A stretch of 64,000 nt of DNA, taken from contig JADBKO010000003.1 of NCBI GenBank assembly GCA_014896355.1, forward strand, positions 26,077 through 90,076, in the 5' to 3' direction. The translations under genes and the position numbers were made by a program. Shown here in pieces: positions 36,343-45,992 of the stretch; positions within the stretch are counted from its first letter, which is position 1; each line of letters begins with the position of its first letter. Below the pieces are notes generated by a model. The model was given only the letters and a program-made list of their open reading frames with translations, had not been told where the DNA came from and searched no databases. Origin of the DNA: Bacillota bacterium. GTDB lineage: Bacteria > Bacillota > UBA5301 > Bu52.

Positions 36343-37119
36343 CTAATTCACGGCGATATGCCGCCGCATGTGCTTCAATGCTGCTTTTTCCAGGCGGGAA
36401 ACCTGGGCCTGGGAGATTCCAATCTCGTCCGCCACTTCCATCTGGGTCCGGCCTTCGAAGAAGCGCAGGGTGAGGATGAGTTTCTCGCGATCGTTCAACT
36501 TTTGCATGGCTTCACGGATGGAGATTCCTTCCAGCCATTCCGAGTCTTTGTGCTTCTCGTCTTTGATCTGGTCCATGACGAAGATGGGATCTCCCCCGTC
36601 ATGGTAGATGGGCTCAAAAAGCGACACCGGCTCCTGCAGGGCATCCAGGGCATAGACCACCTCTTCCCGGGGCAGCTTCAGCTCATCGGCGATCTCCGAG
36701 ATGCTGGGTTCGTGTCCGAATTTGGCCACCAGCTGGTCCCGGACCTGGAGGGCTTTGTAGGCCACATCCCGTAAGGAGCGGCTGACCCGGATGGGGTTGT
36801 TGTCCCGCAGGTAGCGGCGAATCTCTCCAATGATCATAGGCACTGCATAAGTGGAAAACTTTACGTTCTGGTTCAGGTCGAAATTGTCAATGGCCTTCAT
36901 GAGACCGATGCATCCCACCTGGAAAAGATCGTCCACGTACTCACCGCGATTGTTGAAACGCTGAATCACACTGAGGACCAGGCGGAGATTGCCATAGATT
37001 AGCTCTTCGCGGGCTTTGCTGTCGCCTTCCCGCATGTTCTTCAGCAGTTCGCGCATCCGACTATTGGTAAGAACCGGAAGGCGGGAAGTGTTCACGCCGC
37101 AGATTTCGACCTTATTCAT
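36343..37119 (-). CDS. sigG: sporulation sigma factor SigG
   Basis: ATG 37119 is preceded by GGAGGAG. The sequence MNKVEICGVNTSRLPVLTNSRMRELL...GNLRLVLSVIQRFNNRGEYVDDLFQVGCIGLMKAIDNFD is a near-textbook SigG. Confidence 0.9.
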   Translation of the reverse strand: MNKVEICGVNTSRLPVLTNSRMRELLKNMREGDSKAREELIYGNLRLVLSVIQRFNNRGEYVDDLFQVGCIGLMKAIDNFDLNQNVKFSTYAVPMIIGEIRRYLRDNNPIRVSRSLRDVAYKALQVRDQLVAKFGHEPSISEIADELKLPREEVVYALDALQEPVSLFEPIYHDGGDPIFVMDQIKDEKHKDSEWLEGISIREAMQKLNDREKLILTLRFFEGRTQMEVADEIGISQAQVSRLEKAALKHMRRHIAVN

Positions 37120-37261
37120 CGAAGTTTTGCTCCTCCACCCAATGAACACTTGCATCCTCCATTATTGCCCGAGCTCTGACGGGATATACCCTTATGGAAG
37201 AAGCCAGGTCCGCTGGCAAAGGCATGGCCGCGGGGCGGGGGAGGGGCTATAAACCAAGAAG

Positions 37262-37281
37262 GCCCGGGACCGTGCCCGGGC
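37262..37281 (-). terminator. hairpin between sigE and sigG
   Basis: The minus strand reads GCCCGGG-CACGGT-CCCGGGC followed by CTTCTTGGTTT. It is a weak or partial terminator. Confidence 0.4.
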
Positions 37282-37316
37282 TCGCAGAAGGTCTCGGATT
37301 TCAGCGGGACGCCAGG

Positions 37317-38054
37317 TTATTCGAAACGTTCCATCTCCTTCCTGAGTTTCTTGATAATGCGCTTCTCCAGCCTGGAGATATACGACTGGGAGATCCCCAG
37401 CACATCGGCCACTTCCTTTTGCGTCTTCTCCAGGCCGTCGGAGAGTCCGAAGCGCATCTCCATGATGCGCTTTTCCCGCGTGGTCAGTTTCCCCATGGCC
37501 ATACGCAGCAAGGACCGGTCCACGTCCTCCTCAACGGCCCGGTAGATTTCATCGTCCTGGATGCCCACCACATCGGAGAGCAAGAGTTCGTTGCCGTCCC
37601 AATCGACGTTCAGCGGCTCGTCAAAGGATACTTCCGCCCGGGTCTTGTTGTTGCGGCGCAGATACATCAAGATCTCGTTCTCGATGCAACGGGAGGCATA
37701 CGTGGCCAACTTGATGCGCTTTCCTGGGTCGAACGTATTCACGGCTTTGATAAGTCCGATGTTGCCGATGGAGACCAGGTCTTCCACGGGTACGCCGGTA
37801 TTTTCGAATTTACGGGCGATGTAGACCACGAGCCGCAGGTTGTGCTCGATCAGGGTGTTGCGCACGGTACGGTCGCCATGCTGAAGCCGGGCCAAGAGTC
37901 CCATTTCCTCGTCGCTGCTGAGCGGTGGCGGCAGCACCTCGCCGGAACTCATATAGAAAATGCTGTGCGGCGGCGCCCAGCCCAGCCGGTATAGCAGTCT
38001 GGCCAGCATCAGCCGCAGGCGGAGCCGCAGCCTGACCAATGCCTGTGCGCGCAT
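37317..38054 (-). CDS. sigE: pro-sigma-E (sporulation sigma factor SigE)
   Basis: A pro-sequence ([26 protein letters not shown]...) is followed by [12 protein letters not shown] and [38 protein letters not shown]...[21 protein letters not shown]. The ATG directly abuts the spoIIGA stop (TAGATG). Confidence 0.9.
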   Translation of the reverse strand: MRAQALVRLRLRLRLMLARLLYRLGWAPPHSIFYMSSGEVLPPPLSSDEEMGLLARLQHGDRTVRNTLIEHNLRLVVYIARKFENTGVPVEDLVSIGNIGLIKAVNTFDPGKRIKLATYASRCIENEILMYLRRNNKTRAEVSFDEPLNVDWDGNELLLSDVVGIQDDEIYRAVEEDVDRSLLRMAMGKLTTREKRIMEMRFGLSDGLEKTQKEVADVLGISQSYISRLEKRIIKKLRKEMERFE

Positions 38055-39014
38055 CTACTGTGCCCTCCTTGCCCGGGCGCTTTCAGCCAATTGCCCGCTC
38101 CAGCGGCTCTGGAACGCGGCGGCGTCGCCGAGGTTGTTTTCCAAGAGGTCTGGATGGATCAGGGCTTGATAGCTGCGGTCAGGGCTCAGGGAGCGGTGGT
38201 GGAAACCCGCCAACACGTTTTCCAGCCGCACGGGACGGCGGCCGCCGCCCACCCACATCTCGTCCAGCCGGACGGCCAGCAGGATGCCGCTGTCTTGACC
38301 CAGCGAAGAAAAGGGAATCAGCCGCACCCTGGCCAGCAAGGGCGACTCCGCCAGCAGCTCGGTGGCAGCAGCGTAGTCGGACTCCACCACCGCCTGCAGG
38401 GCGGCATCCTCCAAACCGAGCAAAGGCCCACTCAGCTCCGCCGCCAGGATGATGACCGGCGACGCACTCAGCGGGTCGCGCAGATTGTGACCCGTATCCA
38501 CCAGGGCCGTAAAGGCCACTTCCCGCTGGAACAGACGTATGCGCACCGGAACGTAGACGGTGCGCTCCCAGACCCAGCGCTGCACCACGCCCCAGCCCAG
38601 CTCCGCCGCCAGCAGGATCACCAGGATGGACGTGGCGGGCCCCACCCAGCCGGAGGGGTAGAAATTCTTGGCCACCATGGTGGCGCCAAAGCTCAGAAAG
38701 GCCAGACCGTAGTAGTAGGCCAGCAGACTGCGCCAGCGGGATACGCCCGCCTGCCAAAAGGCCAGAGCAAAGGTGAACAACGAAGCGGCCGCCACGGCCG
38801 GGAATGTCCCCAGCGCCGGCCAGAAGGGAAGAGCCCCCACGCGCCCCAGATCGACCACGACATCGTACGCAGCCGCAAAAACGGCACCCAGCCACATCCA
38901 CCAGGGCCCCACAGGCAGCCGCGCGATGGCCGCCGTCGCCCACAGCAGAAGATAGACCTGCAAGGCCACAGCCCCGGCCAGCAGGGCGTAGGCCGGGACA
39001 CTGATCTCCAGCAT
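38055..39014 (-). CDS. spoIIGA: sigma-E processing peptidase SpoIIGA
   Basis: Polytopic N-terminal domain. The aspartic protease motif is ALVDTGHNLRDPLSASPV. It lies immediately upstream of sigE. Confidence 0.85.
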   Translation of the reverse strand: MLEISVPAYALLAGAVALQVYLLLWATAAIARLPVGPWWMWLGAVFAAAYDVVVDLGRVGALPFWPALGTFPAVAAASLFTFALAFWQAGVSRWRSLLAYYYGLAFLSFGATMVAKNFYPSGWVGPATSILVILLAAELGWGVVQRWVWERTVYVPVRIRLFQREVAFTALVDTGHNLRDPLSASPVIILAAELSGPLLGLEDAALQAVVESDYAAATELLAESPLLARVRLIPFSSLGQDSGILLAVRLDEMWVGGGRRPVRLENVLAGFHHRSLSPDRSYQALIHPDLLENNLGDAAAFQSRWSGQLAESARARRAQ

Positions 39015-39091
39015 CTCCGCTCCTCCCCCTTCCTGTTGCGGTGGCTTCTTCCTATTCTTATCACCCCGCCGGCCGAATCCTTCCTACAGTA

Positions 39092-39119
39092 CAAAAAAAG
39101 ACAGGCCCAAGGCCTGTCC
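39092..39119 (-). terminator. rho-independent terminator after ftsZ
   Basis: The minus strand reads GACAGGCC-TTG-GGCCTGTC followed by TTTTTTT. Confidence 0.8.
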
Positions 39120-39164
39120 AGGGAAGACGAAAACTACGGCGGACGCCCGTTTGGAAGTCCAGGC

Positions 39165-40214
39165 TCAGCGGCGCCGCAGGAACGCCGGGATATCCAACTC
39201 ATCGGAGGCGAAAGGCTTGATCTCCACTTCCTCTGCCTTGCTTATGGGCGGCCTGGGCTGGCTGGTGTCGAACCCTGTGGCGATCACCGTCACGCGGACC
39301 TCGTCCTTGAGTCCCTCGTCGATGACAGCTCCAAAGATCACGTTGGCCTCGCTGTCCGCAGCGCTGGTGATGATCTCCGCTGCCTCGTTCACCTCGAACA
39401 GCCCCAAATCCGGGCCACCGGTGATGTTCAACAGGACCCCTTTGGCCCCGTCGATGGAGGACTCCAGGAGCGGACTGGAGATGGCCATCTTGGCTGCTTC
39501 CGCCGCCCGGCCCTCCCCGCTGGCCCGCCCAATGCCCATCAGAGCTGAGCCGGCATCATGCATGATGGTCCGCACATCGGCGAAATCCAGATTGATAAGG
39601 CCGGGCACGGTGATGAGGTCGGAAATACCTTGCACGCCTTGCCGCAGCACATCATCGGCGATATGGAACGCCTCCACCATGGAGGTCCGCTTTTCCACCA
39701 CCTGCAAAAGCCGGTCATTGGGGATCACAATAAGGGTATCCACCTGGCTTTTCAGGTTCTCGGTCCCCCGCTCCGCCTGGATCATGCGCCGATGCCCTTC
39801 GAAGGAAAAAGGTTTGGTCACCACCCCCACCGTCAGGGCTCCCATTTCCTTGGCCACCTGGGCCACCACCGGCGCAGCCCCGGTCCCGGTTCCGCCGCCC
39901 ATACCGGCGGTGATAAACACCATGTCTGCGCCTTCCAACGCCTTCTTGATATCCTCACGGCTTTCCTCAGCGGCTTTCTGCCCAATATCCGGGTTGGATC
40001 CAGCTCCCAGCCCCTTGGTCAGTTTCTCGCCAATGCGCAACTTCGTGGGAGCGTTGGACAATAGCAAAGCCTGGGCGTCGGTGTTGATGGCGATGAACTC
40101 CACGCCCTGGACAGCAGATTCCATCATCCGGTTGACGGCGTTGCTGCCCCCTCCCCCGACGCCTACCACCTTCAGGCGGGCAAACGAAGCGTATTCGGAA
40201 TCCAATTCGATCAT
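39165..40214 (-). CDS. ftsZ: cell division GTPase FtsZ
   Basis: ATG 40214 is preceded by GGGGGAG. Motifs include [15 protein letters not shown], the tubulin signature [11 protein letters not shown], and the C-terminal peptide DIPAFLRRR. The upstream 54 codons of the track ORF cover non-coding repeat DNA. Confidence 0.95.
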   Translation of the reverse strand: MIELDSEYASFARLKVVGVGGGGSNAVNRMMESAVQGVEFIAINTDAQALLLSNAPTKLRIGEKLTKGLGAGSNPDIGQKAAEESREDIKKALEGADMVFITAGMGGGTGTGAAPVVAQVAKEMGALTVGVVTKPFSFEGHRRMIQAERGTENLKSQVDTLIVIPNDRLLQVVEKRTSMVEAFHIADDVLRQGVQGISDLITVPGLINLDFADVRTIMHDAGSALMGIGRASGEGRAAEAAKMAISSPLLESSIDGAKGVLLNITGGPDLGLFEVNEAAEIITSAADSEANVIFGAVIDEGLKDEVRVTVIATGFDTSQPRPPISKAEEVEIKPFASDELDIPAFLRRR

Positions 40215-40250
40215 GTGAACTCCCCCGGCCCTCCTTGAGCCTGTCCCCTT

Positions 40251-40292
40251 CGCAGCTCCGGAATCGCCCCACGCAGCTCCGGAATCGCCCCA
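40251..40292. repeat. perfect 21-bp tandem duplication upstream of ftsZ
   Basis: CGCAGCTCCGGAATCGCCCCA occurs twice (minus strand TGGGGCGATTCCGGAGCTGCG x2). Each unit contains the palindrome TCCGGA. It lies 37-78 nt upstream of the ftsZ ATG. Confidence 0.95.
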
Positions 40293-40327
40293 GCTTTCAC
40301 CCGGGGTCGTGCCCAGGCGCCCGTGTT

Positions 40328-40702
40328 TCATCCATTCGTTGGCGGATGCTCCGAATCCTGCCGGTGCCCAGGCCATGCCTCCAACAATTGATGGCGGATC
40401 CGCCCCAGATTATTGAAAATGCGAATACTGAATGCCACGGTGGCGCCCAAAACCAAGTCCACGCCCAGACGCACGCCCAGATAGGTCAGCAAAATGGCCA
40501 GTACGCTGTTAGCAAAAAAGCCTGTAACGAAAACGCGGTTCTTGTAGTCCCCTTCCAGGGCAGCCCGCAGCCCGCCGAAAACCGAGTCCAGGGCCGCCAG
40601 GATCCCCACGGCCAGATAGCCGGAGTATTCCGTAGGCAGGACCAAAGGAACTCTCAAGCCGATCAGCACGCCCAGGAGCAGGCCGATGGCCGGCAACCAC
40701 AT
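40328..40702 (-). CDS. sbp: small basic protein Sbp (YlxX/DUF1290)
   Basis: 124 aa with three TM segments. The sequence is [15 protein letters not shown]...[37 protein letters not shown]. It lies between the DUF881 gene and ftsZ, as in Bacillus. Confidence 0.8.
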   Translation of the reverse strand: MWLPAIGLLLGVLIGLRVPLVLPTEYSGYLAVGILAALDSVFGGLRAALEGDYKNRVFVTGFFANSVLAILLTYLGVRLGVDLVLGATVAFSIRIFNNLGRIRHQLLEAWPGHRQDSEHPPTNG

Positions 40703-40708
40703 GATTCG

Positions 40709-41503
40709 TCACTCCCCCTCCACCGCATGGAGATACTGGATACGCCGCGGGCCCGTGTAGGCTGGCAGGCGAATCCAGTGCCGGCCCGAGGTGGCCGTGA
40801 TGTTCACGCGGATCCCCCAGGCTTGCAGCTGCTGAATGATGCCACCCTGCGCCTTTAGGGCGGCCTCCAGGGCCGCCGGGTTGCCGATGGCCTTGATCAC
40901 ATAGGGTACCCCCACCCGCACCTTGTTCACGGAGGTGGTGGGCCCGGCACACCGCACCTCCGTGGTGCTGATCACCCGCTGCCCGTTGATGGAAACCGCC
41001 TCCGCTCCGGCGTCGAAGAGAGTGTTCAGCACCATCAGGAGGTCCTCGTCGTGGATCAGGAACAACTCCGGATTGGCCACACCGGAAGCGGGCAGTGTGC
41101 TGTCATCCAACGTGATGGTGACGCCGGGCCCCGCCACAGGTGTCACCCCCGCCAGCAGGCGCAGCTGGGAAAGCTCCTCCTGCACCGCCTGCGAGGCGTT
41201 CTGTTCATTGGACGCCAATTCCTGGCGGAGCCGGAGGACCTCCTGCTCAGACTGCACCCGGCGGGTCTCCGAATCGCGGTATAGATCCCACAGAACATCT
41301 GTCCGCACTGGATTGGCGCGTTCCAGTTCCACCTGGGTGCGGAATTGCACCGTCATGAACAAGCCCAAAACCAGTCCGATGAAAAGGGCCGTCCAGCGCC
41401 AGCCTGCCTGGTACCAGCGCCGGGTCTCGGGATGCGCCAACGGACCCCCACCCCCCAGTTCCGGCGGAAAGTCTCTGTTTTCAACCCTCCCACCGGATTT
41501 CAA
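40709..41503 (-). CDS. DUF881 (YlxW-like) division-associated protein
   Basis: An N-terminal TM segment is followed by a coiled-coil (EQEVLRLRQELASNEQN), PVAGPGVTITLDD, LLMVLNTLFDAGAEAVSINGQR and KAIGNPAALEAAL. The start is uncertain (TTG 41503). Confidence 0.75.
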   Translation of the reverse strand: MKSGGRVENRDFPPELGGGGPLAHPETRRWYQAGWRWTALFIGLVLGLFMTVQFRTQVELERANPVRTDVLWDLYRDSETRRVQSEQEVLRLRQELASNEQNASQAVQEELSQLRLLAGVTPVAGPGVTITLDDSTLPASGVANPELFLIHDEDLLMVLNTLFDAGAEAVSINGQRVISTTEVRCAGPTTSVNKVRVGVPYVIKAIGNPAALEAALKAQGGIIQQLQAWGIRVNITATSGRHWIRLPAYTGPRRIQYLHAVEGE

Positions 41504-41560
41504 CCTCCAACCGGAAAATCTAACCCATGTCAGGCCACATTACAAGCGGAAATCACGGCC

Positions 41561-42328
41561 TCAGCGAAACACCACTGCGGGCGACTGCACAGCCTGTAAA
41601 TCCACCCGGGCCAGAGTCCGCCCCTGCCGTTGCGCCTCGCTGTACAAAGCCCGCAACAGCCGTAGCTTCTCCTCCATCTGGCCGGCATCTCCCAGAAGGA
41701 CCTCCGTGCCATCCCGGGTGTAAACAGTCAGGCGTCCGCCCGGGGCCAGGTGAACCTCGGAAAACCAGGGCAGAAGCGAAAGGCTGCCCGCTTGCGCCAA
41801 CAGGTCCAAAGCCGGCCGGGCGGCTGCAGGCAAGGAGTCCCCCGGCCGCAGGGAGGAACTTTTCAATCCGCTCAAAACCACCAGACCCGCAGCCAGCTGC
41901 GGCGCCACCTCCACCACCTTGCCGTCCCTGCCAAAATAGGCGAACCCGCCCTGGCTCACCGCGGCTCCCACCGGCACCCGCTCCTGAATGGTGATCACCA
42001 GGCGGCCGGGAACCTCCACCCGCAGGCGGGCGTCTTGAATCTGCGGGTGGGCCAACAGGCGCTGCCGGGCCTGGGATAACGGGATGCGGAAAAACTGGGC
42101 AGGCAGGCGGATGCCGGCTGCGATCAAGAGTTGGTTGGCCGGCAGTGGCGTTCCCCGCACGACCACCTGATTCACCATGAAAAGAGGAGACCGCAGAACG
42201 GCCAGGGCAGCCACCAGCAGAAACGCCAGAATGCCTACGGCGATCAGCCGCCCCGGGCGGGCCGCCTTCCGCGGTGGCAGCGGGTCTCGGGCCTTTTCCG
42301 GCCCCGGCGGCGGAAGACGGGAGGCCAT
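41561..42328 (-). CDS. divIB: cell division protein DivIB/FtsQ (POTRA domain)
   Basis: Bitopic protein with a TM helix (LIAVGILAFLLVAALAVL) followed by a POTRA-like VNQVVVRGTPLPANQLLIAAGI and an FtsQ-type beta domain. Confidence 0.8.
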   Translation of the reverse strand: MASRLPPPGPEKARDPLPPRKAARPGRLIAVGILAFLLVAALAVLRSPLFMVNQVVVRGTPLPANQLLIAAGIRLPAQFFRIPLSQARQRLLAHPQIQDARLRVEVPGRLVITIQERVPVGAAVSQGGFAYFGRDGKVVEVAPQLAAGLVVLSGLKSSSLRPGDSLPAAARPALDLLAQAGSLSLLPWFSEVHLAPGGRLTVYTRDGTEVLLGDAGQMEEKLRLLRALYSEAQRQGRTLARVDLQAVQSPAVVFR

Positions 42329-42435
42329 CCAGACCGCCCTCCCTGGGATGGAGTACAGCCCATTATAACATACCTCCCGCCGGGGGCGGTGCTCGAAACG
42401 GAGCCCGGCCGCAGCCCGGGCTCCGAAAGGGCTCC

Positions 42436-43692
42436 TTAATTGGACAGGCGTTTCAGCTGTGCGCCCAGGCTTTGCATCTTTTCCGCGAAGCTCTCATAGC
42501 CCCGGTCCATATGATAGGCCCGCTCCACGCGCGTAATCCCTTCGGCGGCCAAGCCGGCCAACACCAGCGCCGCCCCTCCCCGCAGGTCCGCAGCTTCCAC
42601 GGTAGCGCCGGTGAGCTTGGAAACGCCGGTGATGACCGCGTATCCCCCTTCGTGGAAAACATTGGCCCCCATGCGCATCAGCTCCTCCAGGTGATGGAAG
42701 CGCTGGGCGAACACGTTCTCATGCACCAACGAAACCCCGTCGGCCAAGGCGCAGAGCACACACATCTGCGGTTGGGCGTCGGTGGGGAAGCCTGGATAGG
42801 GCAAGGCCCGGAACGCGATGGGAGCCGGTCTTCCCTGCAGGCTCACCTCCACCAGGTCGTTGCCTTCTTCCACCGTGCACCCCGCTGCCTCCAGTTTTGC
42901 GAGCACCGCCTCCAGGTGCTCAGGGATCACGTCGGCCACGGTGACTCTTCCCCGGGTCACGGCGCCGGCCACCAGAAAGGTGGCCGCTTCGATGCGGTCC
43001 GGGATGACCCGGTGTTCTGCCCCGTGCAACTCACGGACACCGCGGACCCGGATGGTGTCTGTGCCGGCGCCACGGATGCGGGCGCCCATCTTGTTCAGGA
43101 AGTCCTGCAGCTCCACGATCTCTGGTTCCCGCGCGGCATTGCGTACGATGGTGACCCCTTTGGCCGCAGTGGCAGCCAGCATCAGGTTCTCCGTGGCACC
43201 CACGGAGGGAAAGTCCAGCACAATGAGCGTCCCCTGCAGGCCTGTGGTAGTGGCGCGCAGAGCCCCGGCTTCGGCCGTCACCTGCGCGCCCAGATAGCGC
43301 AGGCCGTCCAGGTGCAGATTGATGGGGCGGGGGCCGATGGCGCAACCGCCCGGGTGGGACAACTCCACCTCGCCCAGCCGGGCCAGAAGAGGCCCCATGA
43401 GAAGCACGGAAGCCCGCATCTTCCGGGTCAGCTCGTCGGGGAGCCGTGGGCTTAACCCCGGGCCGGCCTGGATCATGAGGGATCCTTTGCCTTGCCATTC
43501 CACCCGCGCGCCCAAACTCCGGAGAAGATCCGCCATGGTGTGAACGTCTTCGATATCCGGGACCCGATGCAGGACTGAAGGTTCCGAGGAGAGCAAGGAG
43601 GCGGCCATCAACGGCAGGGCGGCGTTCTTAGCGCCGTTGATGGACACCTCGCCCACAAGAGGCGTGCCGCCTTCGATCTCATAGAAATCCAT
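42436..43692 (-). CDS. murA: UDP-N-acetylglucosamine 1-carboxyvinyltransferase
   Basis: ATG 43692 (MDFYEIEGGTPLVGEVSINGAKNAALPLMAASLL) is preceded by GGGGGAGGAG. 418 aa, with the active-site context ELSHPGGCAIGPRPINLH. The 173 upstream codons of the track ORF overlap murB and are spurious. Confidence 0.9.
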   Translation of the reverse strand: MDFYEIEGGTPLVGEVSINGAKNAALPLMAASLLSSEPSVLHRVPDIEDVHTMADLLRSLGARVEWQGKGSLMIQAGPGLSPRLPDELTRKMRASVLLMGPLLARLGEVELSHPGGCAIGPRPINLHLDGLRYLGAQVTAEAGALRATTTGLQGTLIVLDFPSVGATENLMLAATAAKGVTIVRNAAREPEIVELQDFLNKMGARIRGAGTDTIRVRGVRELHGAEHRVIPDRIEAATFLVAGAVTRGRVTVADVIPEHLEAVLAKLEAAGCTVEEGNDLVEVSLQGRPAPIAFRALPYPGFPTDAQPQMCVLCALADGVSLVHENVFAQRFHHLEELMRMGANVFHEGGYAVITGVSKLTGATVEAADLRGGAALVLAGLAAEGITRVERAYHMDRGYESFAEKMQSLGAQLKRLSN

Positions 43693-43733
43693 TGCTCCTC
43701 CCCCATGCCAGTGCGAACTGGCAGGGGACGGAC

Positions 43734-44690
43734 CTAGGCGTCCACCGGAGGAAGCGCGGCCGGGCTCCCGTCTGCGGACACGAGCTTGATTTCCGGCTCC
43801 AGTGCTACACCGAACCGTTGCTGTACCGCCGCCCGGACCCGGGCCATCAAGGCCCGTACATCCGAGGCGCGCGCATGGCCGAGGTTCACGATGAAATTGG
43901 CGTGCACCGGGGAAACCTGGGCGTCTCCCTCCCGCCATCCCTTGGCACCCACTTCCTGGATCAGGCGCCCTGCTGTCCAGCCGTTGGGCGACCGTTCGGG
44001 AGGGGGATTGCGGAACACGCTGCCTGCGTTGGGCAGGCTCAGGGGCTGCGTAGCCTGGCGCTGCGCCAGGACCTGCCGGGCCTGGTCCTGCAGTTGCTCC
44101 GCCGAGCCCGGCTGGAGTCCCAGGACACAGAAGCCCACGGCCCAGCCTTGCTCCTGGAGGATGCTGTGCCGGTAGGAAAACCCCAGCTCCTCCCGGGGCA
44201 TTCTCCGCCACCGGCCTGAGGCCAGCTCACAGGCCTCCACCTCCAGCACCACGTCGGCCAGCTGGCCGCCGTGGGCGCCGGCATTCATCACCAGGCCTCC
44301 TCCCAGGGTCCCCGGGATCCCCACTGCGAACTGCAGGCCAGCCAAGCCCAAACGCACAGCCTGCAGCGCCAGGCCCGCCAGGGGCGTGGCAGCGCCCGCG
44401 CGCACCACGGATCCCTGGATGCTGTGCCCTGCGAACTCTCCCCGCAAGCGGACCACCAGCCCGGCGAACCCCTCGTCTGCGAACAGCACGTTGGTCCCGT
44501 TGCCCAGCAGAAACAAAGGGATTCCGTGGCGCTGCGCCGCTTGCAGGCAGGCGACCAGCTCCCGCCGGTTTCTCGGCTCCGCCAGCCAGCGGGCCGGGCC
44601 GCCGATGCGGAAAGAGCAGAGCCGGGCCGTAGGCACATTCTCCTGGACGGGCACATCCTGTGCCGCCAGTTCCTGGGAAAGATCAGCCAT
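43734..44690 (-). CDS. murB: UDP-N-acetylenolpyruvoylglucosamine reductase
   Basis: ATG 44690 is preceded by GGAGGA. The FAD-binding blocks are FRIGGPARWL and LLGNGTNVLF, with GSVFRNP also present. Confidence 0.9.
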   Translation of the reverse strand: MADLSQELAAQDVPVQENVPTARLCSFRIGGPARWLAEPRNRRELVACLQAAQRHGIPLFLLGNGTNVLFADEGFAGLVVRLRGEFAGHSIQGSVVRAGAATPLAGLALQAVRLGLAGLQFAVGIPGTLGGGLVMNAGAHGGQLADVVLEVEACELASGRWRRMPREELGFSYRHSILQEQGWAVGFCVLGLQPGSAEQLQDQARQVLAQRQATQPLSLPNAGSVFRNPPPERSPNGWTAGRLIQEVGAKGWREGDAQVSPVHANFIVNLGHARASDVRALMARVRAAVQQRFGVALEPEIKLVSADGSPAALPPVDA

Positions 44691-44819
44691 GGCATTTCCT
44701 CCAGGGCTGCCGCCTCTATCCGTCCCGTGCGCCCCATAGTATGAAGGCGGCAAGCCCTATGTGCAGGCTCCAACAGCCAGACCGGCGGGCCGCTTCCGCG
44801 AACCGCCGGGGCCCGCCCG

Positions 44820-45962
44820 TCACTCCCGGCGGAGCAGGCCAGCCATGAGTTCCGCTGCCCGTGCAGCCGCATCGGGACGGGCCAGAGCCCGGCTGGCAGC
44901 CCCCATGGCCCTCAAGGTGTCGGGGTGTTCATACAGGTCCCGGATTTCGTCCCACAACTGCGGTGCGGACAGCTCCCGATCCAGAATGACCCTGGCGCCG
45001 CCGGCCTTCTCAATGGCGCGGGCGTTGAACTCCTGGTGATTGTCCGCAGCGTACGGGTAGGGAATCAGGATCGCCGGTACGCCCAGATTGGTGATTTCCA
45101 CCAGGGTCAACGCCCCTGCCCGCGAGACCACCAGGTCAGAGGCGGCCAACGCCGCGGCCATGTCCTGGATGAAGGGCACCACGTGCAAAGGTCCCAATGC
45201 CATTTGACGGCCTGCGCCGAAAGGACGCTCCTGTGCGCCCAGTTTCAAAAGCCTTTCCGCAGCGCCGGCGAAATGGGGGGCGCCGGTCTGGTGCAGAACC
45301 TGCGCCTTGCCCAGCCGGGGCCACCGGTCGGCCAGGGCCAGCATGGTTTCGTTGATGCTGCGGGCTCCCTGGCTGCCGCCCAGCGCCAGGATGGTGAAGG
45401 CGTCTTCGTCCAATCCCAGGCGGCGCCGGGCTTCCGCCCGGGAGGGCGGGCGGGCGAACTCGCGCCGGACCGGGTTGCCCGTGACCACCACATGCCGGGC
45501 GCAAGGAAAGTAGGCACGGGCCTCCGCATATCCCAGCAGCACCAGATCGGCCCACCGGCCCAGAAGCCGGGTGGTTCGCCCGGGCAAGGCATTCTGTTCC
45601 TGCAGGACCACCGGCAACCCCAAAAGATGCGCAGCCAGCAGCACAGGCCCGGCCACGTAGCCGCCGGTTCCCACCACCAGGGCCGGATGCCAGCGACGCA
45701 AAAAAGCCAACGCCTGTCCAAACCCATACAAAGCCGCGCCACCGGTACGGAAGAGCTCCAGGTCCAGGCGCCGCCGCCAGGGCCGGGCGTGGATCAGCTT
45801 CAGGCGGTAACCTGCCTGGGGAACCAACGTTCGCTCCAAGCCGTGGGCGGTGCCCAAGAACACTATTTCTGCACCGGGATCCCGTTCCTGCCAGGCCTGG
45901 GCCAGGGCAATGGCCGGGATGATGTGGCCGCCGGTTCCGCCGCCGGCAAAGACAATTCTCAA
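44820..45962 (-). CDS. murG: undecaprenyldiphospho-muramoylpentapeptide beta-N-acetylglucosaminyltransferase
   Basis: The TTG start is preceded by GAGGAG. The sequence MRIVFAGGGTGGHIIPAIALA and a GT28 C-terminal domain (LVVSRAGALTLVEI) are present. Confidence 0.9.
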   Translation of the reverse strand: MRIVFAGGGTGGHIIPAIALAQAWQERDPGAEIVFLGTAHGLERTLVPQAGYRLKLIHARPWRRRLDLELFRTGGAALYGFGQALAFLRRWHPALVVGTGGYVAGPVLLAAHLLGLPVVLQEQNALPGRTTRLLGRWADLVLLGYAEARAYFPCARHVVVTGNPVRREFARPPSRAEARRRLGLDEDAFTILALGGSQGARSINETMLALADRWPRLGKAQVLHQTGAPHFAGAAERLLKLGAQERPFGAGRQMALGPLHVVPFIQDMAAALAASDLVVSRAGALTLVEITNLGVPAILIPYPYAADNHQEFNARAIEKAGGARVILDRELSAPQLWDEIRDLYEHPDTLRAMGAASRALARPDAAARAAELMAGLLRRE

Positions 45963-45992
45963 CGTATACGACTCCTCTGTCAGGCAAGACTG

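Noticed and set aside
34070-36346. Very long plus-strand ORFs in the track: 34070..36346 (758 aa), 44925..47231 (768 aa), 31832..33604 (590 aa), 15232..16896 (554 aa), 7324..8826 (500 aa), 8525..9382, 10258..11457, 48875..49972 and others.
   Set aside because: Each lies antisense to a minus-strand gene with clear family motifs. Their products are Arg/Pro/Gly/His-rich and low-complexity, with no recognisable domain. These are stop-poor shadow frames, as expected in DNA of about 67% GC.
39015-39091. Spo0A boxes or a spoIIG-type promoter upstream of spoIIGA.
   Set aside because: Only a partial TTCGGCC resemblance to the 0A box (TTCGACA) and no convincing -35/-10 pair.
40251-40292. The 21-bp direct repeat as a possible CRISPR array or minisatellite.
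   Set aside because: There are only two abutting copies, no spacers and no cas genes in the window. It is treated as a tandem duplication or possible operator instead.
43693-44211. Long N-terminal extensions of track ORFs: murA to 44211, rsmH to 55344, ftsZ to 40376, murC to 20142, UPF0182 to 24844, ortB to 13708, glyQS to 29033, and tadE-like to 5259 and 3925.
   Set aside because: The extensions overlap the preceding gene, lack similarity to the family N-termini, and bypass internal starts that have good Shine-Dalgarno sequences and canonical N-terminal motifs.
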